This document shows positions 9,033 to 18,735 of a DNA stretch of 29,585 nucleotides, in pieces. Each line of letters begins with the position of its first letter. Positions within the stretch are counted from its first letter, which is position 1. Origin of the DNA: Eubacteriales bacterium (lineage in GTDB: Bacteria > Bacillota > Clostridia > Oscillospirales > QAKW01); NCBI GenBank assembly GCA_045604775.1, contig JAZUOQ010000147.1, positions 1-29,585 on the forward strand, read 5' to 3'. A program made the translations under genes and the position numbers. The notes under the pieces are model-generated. The model ran no database searches, was not told where the DNA came from, and saw only the letters and a program-made list of their open reading frames with translations.

Positions 9033-10268
9033 ATGAAAAACAATGGCTTTTTACCTACTAATATACTAATTCCTAAAGTTACTAATATGAATAAATGGAG
9101 TTGCGTAGCTTGCGATCAATATACAAGCGAGCCGGAATATTGGAAAGATGTTGAAGATTATATCGGTGACGATATATCTACACTTTCACTTATGCTTCCG
9201 GAAATCTACCTTAATGAAATAGAAGAAAGAGCAGCAAAGATTACAGAAAATATGAAAAAATACGTTCAAACAGGCGTATTTAAAGAACTAAAAAACTGCT
9301 TTATATATGTAGAAAGAACATTGCTAAACGGTAAGATCAGAAAAGGTTTAGTTGGCGCTATTGACCTTGAGGTTTATGATTTTTCAAAAAACACCATTTC
9401 ATTATGTAGACCTACAGAGGCAACAGTTGTTGAGCGACTGCCGGCACGTGTTGAAGTGAGAAAAAAAGCGGTCATCGAAATGCCGCATATTATGATGTTG
9501 ATTGATGATAAAAACTTCAATGTTATTCAACCTTATGAAAATATCAAAAGTGAACTAGATGTGATCTATGATTTTGAATTAATGAAAAACAGTGGTCATA
9601 TAAAAGGTTACAAAGTTGATTCCGACTATGCAAATATAGCACTGGATGGTATTGAAATGCTTATTAAGAACAGCAAAGATAAAAATCCAATGATATATGC
9701 TATGGGAGATGGTAATCATTCACTAGCAGCCGCAAAACAATATTATGAATACATGAAAAACAAACTCGGTGCTGATGCTGAAAATCATCCGTCAAGATAT
9801 GCTCTGGTTGAACTGGTAAACCTACATGACAACGCACTTGAATTTGAGCCGATACATAGAATCGTATTTAATGTCAACACAGAAAAATTTATATCAGAAC
9901 TTAAAAATTATTGTGGATTTACGCAAAATCAAAAAGATGGTCAAAATTTTAATATGATTATTGACGGTTCACAACTAAAATGTACTTTCACCAATCCAAA
10001 TACATCACTAACAATAGGAACATTACAAAACTTTATTGATGATTATATAAGTCGAAATGGCGGTGAAACTGATTACATACATGGTGACGATGTAGTATTA
10101 AAACTTAGCAAAAACAAAAACACTATTGGATTTACAGTCAATGGTATTGACAAAAACAGTTTCTTTGACGTAATAAAAAAAGATGGCATTTTGCCAAGAA
10201 AGACGTTTTCTATGGGTAATGCCTGTGATAAAAGATTTTATCTTGAATGTAGAATAATTAATAACTAA
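9033..10268 (+). CDS. DUF1015 family protein
   Basis: WSCVACDQYTS, RPTEATVVERLPARV, MGDGNHSLAAAK, LPRKTFSMG family patterns. Confidence 0.85.
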   Translation: MKNNGFLPTNILIPKVTNMNKWSCVACDQYTSEPEYWKDVEDYIGDDISTLSLMLPEIYLNEIEERAAKITENMKKYVQTGVFKELKNCFIYVERTLLNGKIRKGLVGAIDLEVYDFSKNTISLCRPTEATVVERLPARVEVRKKAVIEMPHIMMLIDDKNFNVIQPYENIKSELDVIYDFELMKNSGHIKGYKVDSDYANIALDGIEMLIKNSKDKNPMIYAMGDGNHSLAAAKQYYEYMKNKLGADAENHPSRYALVELVNLHDNALEFEPIHRIVFNVNTEKFISELKNYCGFTQNQKDGQNFNMIIDGSQLKCTFTNPNTSLTIGTLQNFIDDYISRNGGETDYIHGDDVVLKLSKNKNTIGFTVNGIDKNSFFDVIKKDGILPRKTFSMGNACDKRFYLECRIINN

Positions 10269-10305
10269 GAATTGATTATCAACAATAACCAATTCTTTGA
10301 AATTT

Positions 10306-10338
10306 TAAATGCCGACTATCATAGATAGTCGGCATTTA
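10306..10338. terminator. Strong hairpin / probable bidirectional terminator between DUF1015 and the SLH protein gene
   Basis: TAAATGCCGACTATC-ata-GATAGTCGGCATTTA, a 15-bp perfect inverted repeat. Confidence 0.85.
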
Positions 10339-10342
10339 TTAT

Positions 10343-13300
10343 TTAGTTTGCTTTATAACCGTTATAGTTTGCAAGAATAATTGCAACTTCCTGTCTTGAA
10401 ATATCGTTTTTAGGATTGATATTAAGTTTACCATTATCAGCAGAACCGGAAAGAACACCATATTTAGCAACAGCAAGTCTTACATAAGGTTTAGCCCAAT
10501 TAGATACTTTGTCATTATCAGCAAAACCTTTTGCATTATAAACTGCATCTATATCTGCTTGGTTATTAGCGTAAATAGTAACAGCATTTTCAGTTTCGCC
10601 GGTTAATATGGAAATCGTTGATACAATAATCTTACAGAATTCCTCTCTAGTTGTTGCAGCTTGACCGTCAAACAATGTCTGAGATTTACCATTTACTATA
10701 TTAAGCTTATAACAAGCCTTTACATAATTTGATGCCCAATTAGGAATATCATCATTAAACGGAAGTATAACAGACTTATACAGTTGCTCATTTATACCAA
10801 GAAGTCTGACCGCTACTGCTGCAACCTCAAATCTGGATATATTATTTGTAGGATTGAAATTGCCATTTGTATCACCAATAAAATATCCATAACCTTGCTC
10901 ATTCAAATACTGTATCTGCTTAATTGACCAAGACGGCATTTTATTTGTATCTTTATAAGTAACAACAGGACGTTTTGAATTAATTATTACCTTTACATTA
11001 TCTGACTGTAGATTAACGCTACCACTCTTAACATATATTCTATAATATACAGTTGTAGTTTTAGCTACAATATCAACAGTTAACTGCTGCGTATTGTTAA
11101 CTTCATCTGTAAGATTCATAGTATGTGATGCGTCTGTAAATGCCTTATATGTTGTATTTGCATTAGCATTATTAAGCATTTTCAATTTCAAAACATACTC
11201 TGAAAGATTATCTGCTGCGTCTATGTAATACACACCATCTTCAATTAGAGTAGCATTTTCAAATGTGTAATATTTTTCGGCAAGTTCATCTCCTGCAGTT
11301 AGATCTGGTGTAGTTGTTACAAATTTAAGAGTATATACCTTTGAAACTGATTTATCTGCTGAAGTAACTTTGAGATATGCCGTGAAATTGTAGTCTTTAA
11401 TTGAAACTATATTATTCTTACATACTGAAGTACAGGCTTTATCATAATAAACTGCATATGAAGCATTGTTATTTTCAAGATTTGCAATCACTTCAAAAGT
11501 AGATGTATTTAATTTTGTTTCAAAAACGGAAGTGTCATCACCATTATTATACATATTAAATATTGAGGAAACTTCACAGGACATAGCATCTTTAGAAATT
11601 GTCAAATAATACGTATTAACAACCGATTTTGAACCTGATGTTACAATTATTTTTACAGTTTTTGAAGACAGAATATTGTCAATTACGTAGCCACCTTGAG
11701 AATTTGCAGCAACTGTAAGATTAGAATCAATAACCTTAATGCTAGCATTTTCTGAATACACGGGATAGAGTGTAAAGGAAGAAATATTTGAAGGAATTGT
11801 TACTGAATAACTGGTTGCTGATACACGATTAGCACCTTGAACATAAGTCAATACAGCTTGATCACTTACTGCCTGTGCAACACTAAGCGAATATACTTTG
11901 CTTGCCTTTCCATCTTCAGAAACAACTTTTATATACTTAATTGTAGGTACAGTTGAAATACCTTTTATTGTACCTTCAAGTTCTGACGTACAAGCAGCAT
12001 TATTATAAATTCCATAAGTTGCACCAGGGGAAACTTCAATTTCCGGAATATCAAATACTGTTGTACCTATCGGAACACAAGCATTAACAGCTGTATCAGT
12101 AACCTGCCAATTATCAAATCTTAAAATATTAGCTTCAGTACCAAAAGGCTTTGTAATTGTTGCGGTATATTTTACTGATTTAGAGCCATCATATGATGAC
12201 AATTGAATGTAAAATACATTTTTACCACCTACAAGTGCAACAGGTTCTTGCACAGCCTTTGTACAAGCCGCATCAGAATAAATGCCGTATTTAGCCTGTC
12301 TTGTTTCTAATTTAATACCAAAATCATATGTTTGTGTGTCTATACTTACTGTATCTGTATATGTAAGTGCCTTTTCATTAAGTTTGCCGGGACCGGTAAT
12401 TGAATACGCAAGTTCTTTAGCAAATTTATCATCAGCATCATTAAGAGTAGTGAGATTCCAGTCTTTATAATAATAATCACATACCGCGTGTTCTGCTTGT
12501 CTGCCACCGCGTTTTGAAACTGCAACGCCTGTTGCACCTTTAGAATATGATGAAGAGAAATAGTTATAACTGTAATCAAAAAGAGTACCGTCTTTACAAG
12601 TTGTTGTATCAATAGCAGTAGTGCACTTGACAAATCGATTAAATCTTAATACTACATCACTTACAATCTCACAATCATCTAAATTGGTAACTTTATCAGT
12701 ACCTGATTTACCTAAAAACCAGTTTGAATTACCGGGGATAATTGAAGTTGCAGTTTGTGTTATGAATATATTGTTAACAAACTTAAGACTGTCTTTTTTG
12801 CCTTGGAATCTAACACCAAAAATACCGTTTACGTTTGTAGAAGTGTTATAGAATATATTATTATCAAGCACAACTCGACTGCTCGTTCTTTGTGCTGTAT
12901 TTGTTGTACTATTATTTATAAGTAAATAATATGCTGATGTGATATTTTGATAAAAGCAGGAATTTCTTATCTCAAGATAAAAATTCTGTGACGGTGATGA
13001 TGTCCACTCATTTTTATGAAGTGTACAAGTATTACCTTCGGTATATACACCATCAAGAAGAAGTGACTCATAATAGTCACCAATGAGATAATGAGTACCC
13101 TGACCGGTCATTCTTAAATTAATAAGACGTACGTCTTTGTGGTTTTCACGATAAAGTGTGCTACTGCCGCCGAACGATAAAATAGTATTAAGATTTTCAT
13201 TTTTAGTATCTTCTGCCCAAGAAGCACCACCGGCACCATCAATTATTATATTCTTAAGTGTGGTTGTATTATATGTAACATTTCCTTCACCTTTGTCACA

Positions 13301-15391
13301 GAAAGCACTACCTGTACCAAAAGTAAAACCATCAATAACAACTGTTGGATTAATACAATACATTGAAACTGAAACAACGCAACCCTCAAAAACCGATTCT
13401 TCTTCAGAGTTACTTCTCAATGGATTAAGTTCCCAACCATCTTCAGGGTTTTCAAACTGAGGAAGATTAGGATTAATACCATGTTTTGCGCCAAGAAGAA
13501 TAGCTGAATCCGTAAGTACAATATTTTCGGTATATATTCCTGCAGGTAAAATTATTGTAGGAATATTATCACAAGCATCAATTATTTCAGCGGCAGTAGC
13601 AAATGCATTTTTACCTACAGTAAATTTATATGCCATGCCGTCCCAAGTTTTATAAACAACAGAACCAACTGAAAGTTTTGCAGCTTCTGGTGAATATAAA
13701 TATGTATCTTTCATATTGAATTCAGCAACATATTTAGGATTATATGTTGTAACAACTATCGTATAAGTATATTTATATGAAGGATTTTTGTTTGAAACAC
13801 CAACTGCATAGAAAATATTTTTATCTTCACCGGAAACAAGAGATGTTGTATCTATTGTTTTAACAACATTATTTTTTGTAGAATCATAAAGAGTGTATTT
13901 AACACTGCTGTCAGATGCAGTAATATTTAAATTTGTTGTAGTTCCGTAATCAAGTGTAACTTTTATAATTCTCTCAGCATGACTGGTTTTAGCGTTTGTA
14001 AAGCCTGTAGACTTAATCTTATAATCAGCACTTGAATGAGTCATTGACTCATTAATCCAAAAATAATCTAAATTGATATGATTATATGATGCGGAAGCAG
14101 GATAAATAGGATCATGTTGCTTTCCATCAGTTGTTGCAAAATAGTTACCTGTATAATCGAAACGCGAAGAACTTGACAAACCAGTTGTATCAGGTAAATA
14201 TGAAAAACCATATAACTTGTTTTTATTGAATTTTATATTATCTTTAAGAGAAGCAGAGAATGCTGCCAAATTATAGTTGAGTTTAAGTGCAGGAACTGTA
14301 TACTCTGTTGAACCTATAAATATATTATTATGAACATTAATTACATTTTTAACATCGACAACAGTAAAAACTATAGGTGATATTGTATTATCAATATCAT
14401 TTACAGACGGTCCATCTAAAAATACGCAGTTCGAAACCTCGGCATATGATGCAGATCTAGCTGCAGAATCGTTACGCGAAGGGTTGATGTTCAAAACTCC
14501 ATCTATTGCAGTGTTATCATAGAACATTGAATTTGTAACAGTATAATTGGGAGATATGCCTACTGCAGCATCCGCTGAATTCAAAGCAGGTTTTTGAGAA
14601 TTGGTATAGAACATACCATCAATTGTAAGCTCAGTTACATTTGTTTCAACAATGCTAGTTGAATTCATATCTGTTACATAAATATCTTTAATCTTAACTA
14701 TATTTGTTGATGTTGCAGACTTTGCAAAATAGAAAACACTTGTGATACCGTTAACATTTGTTGCAGAAGCATTTCCTGCGCCCTCTACTATAGAATTCTT
14801 AACTACCACAGTTGAATCTTTCTCGTTAACGTTAATATCAACATAAGCAAAATTGATGCTAAGTTTTACACCATCGATGGTTGTTTCAAAATCAGCTACC
14901 ACAGTTTTATCAACTTCAATAGCTGCATTAAGAATAGTCTCTTCACATCTTTCAGAAAGAGTCCAAGGTGACTTAACATTACTTGCGTTTTTAACATTAG
15001 GGTTAACGCCGGCATTTGCGCCAAGGATAACAACGTTTGTTTTAATCTTAAGATTATCGGTATATGTACCCGGAGCCACAATTATTATAGGCTGCTGACT
15101 ACCCATTTTAACACAATAATCATAAGCATCCTGAATACTCGAGAAATGTATGTTTGAATCGTAATCCTCGGAAATTATTTTACCTCTAAAAACGTAGGAA
15201 ACTTCTACTTCGTCTCCCTCTTTTAGACCTGCCCAATCTTCGTTGACAACAACGGCAGATTTAGTTATTTTATCGTAATACTCATCATCCGGAACATAAT
15301 TGCTTGCTGCAAAAGTAAATACAGACAGCAATGAAACCAATATAAGCAACGATAAAACCATAGATAAAATGCGCTTGGTTATTTGCTTCAT
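10343..15391 (-). CDS. Large secreted SLH-anchored surface protein: two beta-helix-like modules, several cadherin-like beta-sandwich repeats, three C-terminal SLH domains
   Basis: Signal peptide MKQITKRILSMVLSLLILVSLLSVFTFA; duplicated pGtY-e-l---v-lGA motif; repeats such as VVSEDGKASKVYSL; SLH motifs FNPTNNISRFE, ATTREEF, NPKNDISRQE; SD GAGAGG. Confidence 0.85.
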   Translation of the reverse strand: MKQITKRILSMVLSLLILVSLLSVFTFAASNYVPDDEYYDKITKSAVVVNEDWAGLKEGDEVEVSYVFRGKIISEDYDSNIHFSSIQDAYDYCVKMGSQQPIIIVAPGTYTDNLKIKTNVVILGANAGVNPNVKNASNVKSPWTLSERCEETILNAAIEVDKTVVADFETTIDGVKLSINFAYVDINVNEKDSTVVVKNSIVEGAGNASATNVNGITSVFYFAKSATSTNIVKIKDIYVTDMNSTSIVETNVTELTIDGMFYTNSQKPALNSADAAVGISPNYTVTNSMFYDNTAIDGVLNINPSRNDSAARSASYAEVSNCVFLDGPSVNDIDNTISPIVFTVVDVKNVINVHNNIFIGSTEYTVPALKLNYNLAAFSASLKDNIKFNKNKLYGFSYLPDTTGLSSSSRFDYTGNYFATTDGKQHDPIYPASASYNHINLDYFWINESMTHSSADYKIKSTGFTNAKTSHAERIIKVTLDYGTTTNLNITASDSSVKYTLYDSTKNNVVKTIDTTSLVSGEDKNIFYAVGVSNKNPSYKYTYTIVVTTYNPKYVAEFNMKDTYLYSPEAAKLSVGSVVYKTWDGMAYKFTVGKNAFATAAEIIDACDNIPTIILPAGIYTENIVLTDSAILLGAKHGINPNLPQFENPEDGWELNPLRSNSEEESVFEGCVVSVSMYCINPTVVIDGFTFGTGSAFCDKGEGNVTYNTTTLKNIIIDGAGGASWAEDTKNENLNTILSFGGSSTLYRENHKDVRLINLRMTGQGTHYLIGDYYESLLLDGVYTEGNTCTLHKNEWTSSPSQNFYLEIRNSCFYQNITSAYYLLINNSTTNTAQRTSSRVVLDNNIFYNTSTNVNGIFGVRFQGKKDSLKFVNNIFITQTATSIIPGNSNWFLGKSGTDKVTNLDDCEIVSDVVLRFNRFVKCTTAIDTTTCKDGTLFDYSYNYFSSSYSKGATGVAVSKRGGRQAEHAVCDYYYKDWNLTTLNDADDKFAKELAYSITGPGKLNEKALTYTDTVSIDTQTYDFGIKLETRQAKYGIYSDAACTKAVQEPVALVGGKNVFYIQLSSYDGSKSVKYTATITKPFGTEANILRFDNWQVTDTAVNACVPIGTTVFDIPEIEVSPGATYGIYNNAACTSELEGTIKGISTVPTIKYIKVVSEDGKASKVYSLSVAQAVSDQAVLTYVQGANRVSATSYSVTIPSNISSFTLYPVYSENASIKVIDSNLTVAANSQGGYVIDNILSSKTVKIIVTSGSKSVVNTYYLTISKDAMSCEVSSIFNMYNNGDDTSVFETKLNTSTFEVIANLENNNASYAVYYDKACTSVCKNNIVSIKDYNFTAYLKVTSADKSVSKVYTLKFVTTTPDLTAGDELAEKYYTFENATLIEDGVYYIDAADNLSEYVLKLKMLNNANANTTYKAFTDASHTMNLTDEVNNTQQLTVDIVAKTTTVYYRIYVKSGSVNLQSDNVKVIINSKRPVVTYKDTNKMPSWSIKQIQYLNEQGYGYFIGDTNGNFNPTNNISRFEVAAVAVRLLGINEQLYKSVILPFNDDIPNWASNYVKACYKLNIVNGKSQTLFDGQAATTREEFCKIIVSTISILTGETENAVTIYANNQADIDAVYNAKGFADNDKVSNWAKPYVRLAVAKYGVLSGSADNGKLNINPKNDISRQEVAIILANYNGYKAN

Positions 15392-15447
15392 AACTTTCTA
15401 CCTCTCTAAATAAAAACTTGTTTATTAATATATAATAATACAAGTAC

Positions 15448-15476
15448 ATTATAGCAAACAGCACTCTCAAAAGGCA
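15448..15476 (-). promoter_or_regulatory. Extended -10 promoter for the SLH protein gene, with a poor -35
   Basis: Minus strand TGcTATAAT at 15456-15448; the -35 position reads TGCCTT. Confidence 0.5.
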
Positions 15477-15482
15477 TATCTT

Positions 15483-15512
15483 AATGTTGCATATATACCA
15501 CCCAATGTTGCA
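15483..15512. repeat. Perfect 9-bp direct repeat with 12-bp spacer; candidate transcription-factor site
   Basis: AATGTTGCA (15483-15491), tatataccaccc, AATGTTGCA (15504-15512). Confidence 0.75.
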
Positions 15513-15617
15513 CAAACAAATAATATTTAGACTAAATTCATAGCACACTTCAAATGGATTGCATTTAATACACAGCCACAACATATATAATATAAATTTG
15601 ATTTAAGGAGTACATAT

Positions 15618-16748
15618 ATGAAAAAGTTGATCGGTCTAATTACGGCTTTGGTAATTATTGTTACAACAACAGTGTACAGTAGTGCACAAGCTGATATAAA
15701 CATCCAGGCACCTAGTGCAATACTAGTTGAAAAAACAACCGGAACAGTACTTTATGAAAAAGAAGCAGATACAAGAATGAAACCTGCTTCCGTAACCAAA
15801 ATTATGACCTTGCTCTTGATTATGGAAGCAATCGAATCTGGTCAAATATCATATGATGACATCATAACTGCATCAGCACACGCAACATCAATGGGAGGTT
15901 CACAAGTTTATTTAAAAGAAGGCGAAACCATGACCGTAAATGAAATGCTTAAATGCATCGTCATCGCCTCCGCAAATGATTGTTGTGTTGCAATGGCGGA
16001 ATTTATATCAGGCTCTACAGATGCGTTTGTTGCAGCAATGAATGACAAAGCATTAAAATTAAAAATGACAAATACTAACTTTGAAAACTGCACAGGGCTT
16101 GATTCTGACAACCATTACACTACCGCAAGAGATATTTCGAAAATGTCACAAGAACTTTTAAAACATTCTGATATAAAAAACTACACAACAATTTGGATGG
16201 ATAGTATTAGAAACGGTGAATTCGGGCTAACAAATACCAATAAACTTATAAGATTTTATCAAAATGCCACAGGATTAAAAACCGGATACACTAGCGAGTC
16301 AAAATATTGCATTTCTGCAACTGCCGAAAAAGACGGAATGGAGCTAATAGCAGTTATTATGGCATCAGAAAGTTCTGATAAACGTAATGCCGAAGCAAAA
16401 ACTCTTCTCGAATACGGTTTTTCAAATTATACTTTATATAAAAAAAGTGTAGGAATACTGCCAAACATTGAAGTTATCAAAGGAAAGTCAGATTTTGTAA
16501 CACCCATACTTTCAAGTGAAACTCCATTAGTGATTAGCAAATCAAAAATAGATTCAATAACAACCGAAATAGTTATGCCTAAAAACGTATCCGCACCTGT
16601 CGAGCAAGGACAAAAATTAGGCTCAGTAAAATATATGCTTGACGGAAAAGTATTATCAGAAACAGATATAATATCCACAAATTTTGTAGAAAAGTCTGAT
16701 ATATTTGACATTTTTTTAGATTTAATTAACTATTTTTTATTTCTTTAG
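15618..16748 (+). CDS. dacF: D-alanyl-D-alanine carboxypeptidase (S11), DacF-like
   Basis: SxxK (PASVTKIM), SxN (IASAND), KTG (LKTGYT), MGGSQVYL, signal peptide, C-terminal amphipathic helix. Confidence 0.85.
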   Translation: MKKLIGLITALVIIVTTTVYSSAQADINIQAPSAILVEKTTGTVLYEKEADTRMKPASVTKIMTLLLIMEAIESGQISYDDIITASAHATSMGGSQVYLKEGETMTVNEMLKCIVIASANDCCVAMAEFISGSTDAFVAAMNDKALKLKMTNTNFENCTGLDSDNHYTTARDISKMSQELLKHSDIKNYTTIWMDSIRNGEFGLTNTNKLIRFYQNATGLKTGYTSESKYCISATAEKDGMELIAVIMASESSDKRNAEAKTLLEYGFSNYTLYKKSVGILPNIEVIKGKSDFVTPILSSETPLVISKSKIDSITTEIVMPKNVSAPVEQGQKLGSVKYMLDGKVLSETDIISTNFVEKSDIFDIFLDLINYFLFL

Positions 16749-16750
16749 AC

Positions 16751-16779
16751 TTGAATATGTTTTTTTTATGTGATATTAT
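16751..16779 (+). promoter_or_regulatory. sigmaA promoter for pgi
   Basis: TTGAAT-N17-TATTAT with TG at the extended -10 position. Confidence 0.7.
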
Positions 16780-16815
16780 ACAAACAAGAAGTATAAAAAG
16801 GAGAACTTTCAAACT

Positions 16816-18147
16816 ATGTCTGTATCAGTAAACAGAAAATATGTGGATTTGTTTATCAACAACCATGAACGTGAATATCTTAAACCTTATTTAGAAATAG
16901 CCCATAATCAGCTACATTCAAAAAAAGGTGCAGGAAATGACTTCCTCGGTTGGCTTGATTTACCTCTTAATTATGATAAAGATGAATTTGAACGTATTAA
17001 ACAAGCTGCAAAGAAAATTCAAAACAATTCTGATGTACTTATTGTAATCGGTATAGGTGGATCATATCTTGGTGCACGTGCAGCAATCGAATTTGTCCAT
17101 TCCTCGCTTTATAATAATCTTAAAAAAGAAACACCCGAAATTTATTTTGCAGGTAACAACATTAGTGCAACATACTTAAATGAAATTATAGACTTATGCA
17201 AAGATAGAGATTTTTCAATCAATGTAATTTCTAAGTCCGGAACAACTACTGAACCCGCAATAGCATTCAGAATATTTAAGGAACTAGCAGAAAGCAAATA
17301 CGGTATTGAAGGTTCTAAAGACCATATTTTTGTAACTACCGATAAAGCTCGTGGTACTCTCAAAGCGTTGGCAACAGAACAGGGTTACGAAACATTTGTT
17401 GTTCCTGACGATGTAGGCGGCAGATTCTCTGTCCTTACAGCAGTAGGTCTTCTCCCGATTGCAGTATCAGGTGCTAACATTGATGAGATGATGCGCGGTG
17501 CTGCTGAAGCGAGATGTGATTTCCTAACTGACGATAATGAATGTTATAAATACGCAATTGACAGAAACATCCTTCTAAGAAAGAATAAAACTACTGAAAT
17601 GCTTATCACTTATGATCCATGCGCAGTTTACTTCGGTGAGTGGTTCAAACAATTAATGGGTGAAAGTGAAGGCAAAGATAACAAAGGTATTTTCCCTGCT
17701 TCAGCAACATTTTCTACAGATCTTCACTCACTGGGTCAGTATATTCAAGAAGGCAGCCGCACAATTTTCGAAACTGTACTCAAAGTTAAAAATGTTAAGA
17801 GAAATATAACAATTGGAGAAGTCGATGGGGATATTGACGGGCTTAACTTCCTGGCAGGACAGACTGTTCAATATGTAAATGACAATGCTTTTCTTGGAAC
17901 AGTGCTCGCACATACTGATGGCGGAGTACCTAATATAATTCTAGAATTTGATAACTATGATGAATACAATTTTGGTTATCTTGTATATTTCTTTGAAAAA
18001 GCTTGTGCAATTTCAGGATACCTTCTTGGCGTAAACCCATTTGACCAACCCGGTGTTGAAGCATATAAGAAAAATATGTTTGCACTTCTCGGCAAACCCG
18101 GTTACGAAAAAGAAACAGAAGAAATTAATAAAAAGATCAACAAGTAA
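16816..18147 (+). CDS. pgi: Glucose-6-phosphate isomerase
   Basis: [50 protein letters not shown]. Confidence 0.98.
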   Translation: MSVSVNRKYVDLFINNHEREYLKPYLEIAHNQLHSKKGAGNDFLGWLDLPLNYDKDEFERIKQAAKKIQNNSDVLIVIGIGGSYLGARAAIEFVHSSLYNNLKKETPEIYFAGNNISATYLNEIIDLCKDRDFSINVISKSGTTTEPAIAFRIFKELAESKYGIEGSKDHIFVTTDKARGTLKALATEQGYETFVVPDDVGGRFSVLTAVGLLPIAVSGANIDEMMRGAAEARCDFLTDDNECYKYAIDRNILLRKNKTTEMLITYDPCAVYFGEWFKQLMGESEGKDNKGIFPASATFSTDLHSLGQYIQEGSRTIFETVLKVKNVKRNITIGEVDGDIDGLNFLAGQTVQYVNDNAFLGTVLAHTDGGVPNIILEFDNYDEYNFGYLVYFFEKACAISGYLLGVNPFDQPGVEAYKKNMFALLGKPGYEKETEEINKKINK

Positions 18148-18151
18148 TACT

Positions 18152-18195
18152 GACATTGGAAACAATGTCTTAATATTAACAGCCGTGAAAACGGC
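18152..18195 (+). other. Two tandem GAAA-tetraloop hairpins in the intergenic leader
   Basis: GACATTG-GAAA-CAATGTC (18152-18169) and GCCGT-GAAA-ACGGC (18182-18195); no U-tract; the second directly abuts the SD. Confidence 0.6.
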
Positions 18196-18210
18196 GAAAG
18201 GAGATTCAAT

Positions 18211-18615
18211 ATGATTAAAGTAATTATTGGTACAAAGGGCACTGGCAAAACAAAAAAACTTATTGAAATGGTTAACTCAGCCGCGGCAGTTGACAACGGA
18301 CACATTGTTTGTTTGGAATATGGCGACGGTCTTAAATATGATATATCATCTTCTGTTAGATTAATAAATACAAAAGAATACAACATAAGCGGTTTTGATG
18401 CCTTTGGTGGCTTCATCAAGGGCTTATTTGCAAGTAACTATGACATTTCGACTGTTTTTGTTGACGGCGCACTTAAGATCACGGGTAACGATCTTGATAA
18501 ACTCGGCGAAACACTTGCAGACATCGACAAAATCGCAGGCGAAGCAACAGTTGTTGTACTAGTATCTGCCGATGCAACTAATGCTCCCGAATCAGTTAAA
18601 AAATACGTAATTTAA
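18211..18615 (+). CDS. Small conserved clostridial P-loop-containing hypothetical protein
   Basis: N-terminal Walker A-like GTKGTGKT and later VFVDG (Walker B-like); SD AAAGGAG. Confidence 0.75.
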   Translation: MIKVIIGTKGTGKTKKLIEMVNSAAAVDNGHIVCLEYGDGLKYDISSSVRLINTKEYNISGFDAFGGFIKGLFASNYDISTVFVDGALKITGNDLDKLGETLADIDKIAGEATVVVLVSADATNAPESVKKYVI

Positions 18616-18623
18616 TTTACCTA

Positions 18624-18654
18624 TAAAAACGGAATTCAGTGGATTCCGTTTTTA
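18624..18654 (+). terminator. Rho-independent terminator
   Basis: TAAAAACGGAAT...ATTCCGTTTTTA inverted repeat with T tail. Confidence 0.85.
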
Positions 18655-18675
18655 TTTATTCCCCAAATTTTACTA

Positions 18676-18704
18676 TTGACAAATAATAAAAAATATAGTA
18701 TACT
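18676..18704 (+). promoter_or_regulatory. sigmaA promoter of the ylxM-ffh operon
   Basis: TTGACA (18676-18681), N17, TATACT (18699-18704). Confidence 0.85.
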
Positions 18705-18735
18705 GTGTAAAGTTTATTACTTTACACAGTATACT
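18697..18735. repeat. 17-bp perfect inverted repeat overlapping the -10 and start site; candidate operator
   Basis: AGTATACTGTGTAAAGT-ttatt-ACTTTACACAGTATACT. Confidence 0.85.
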
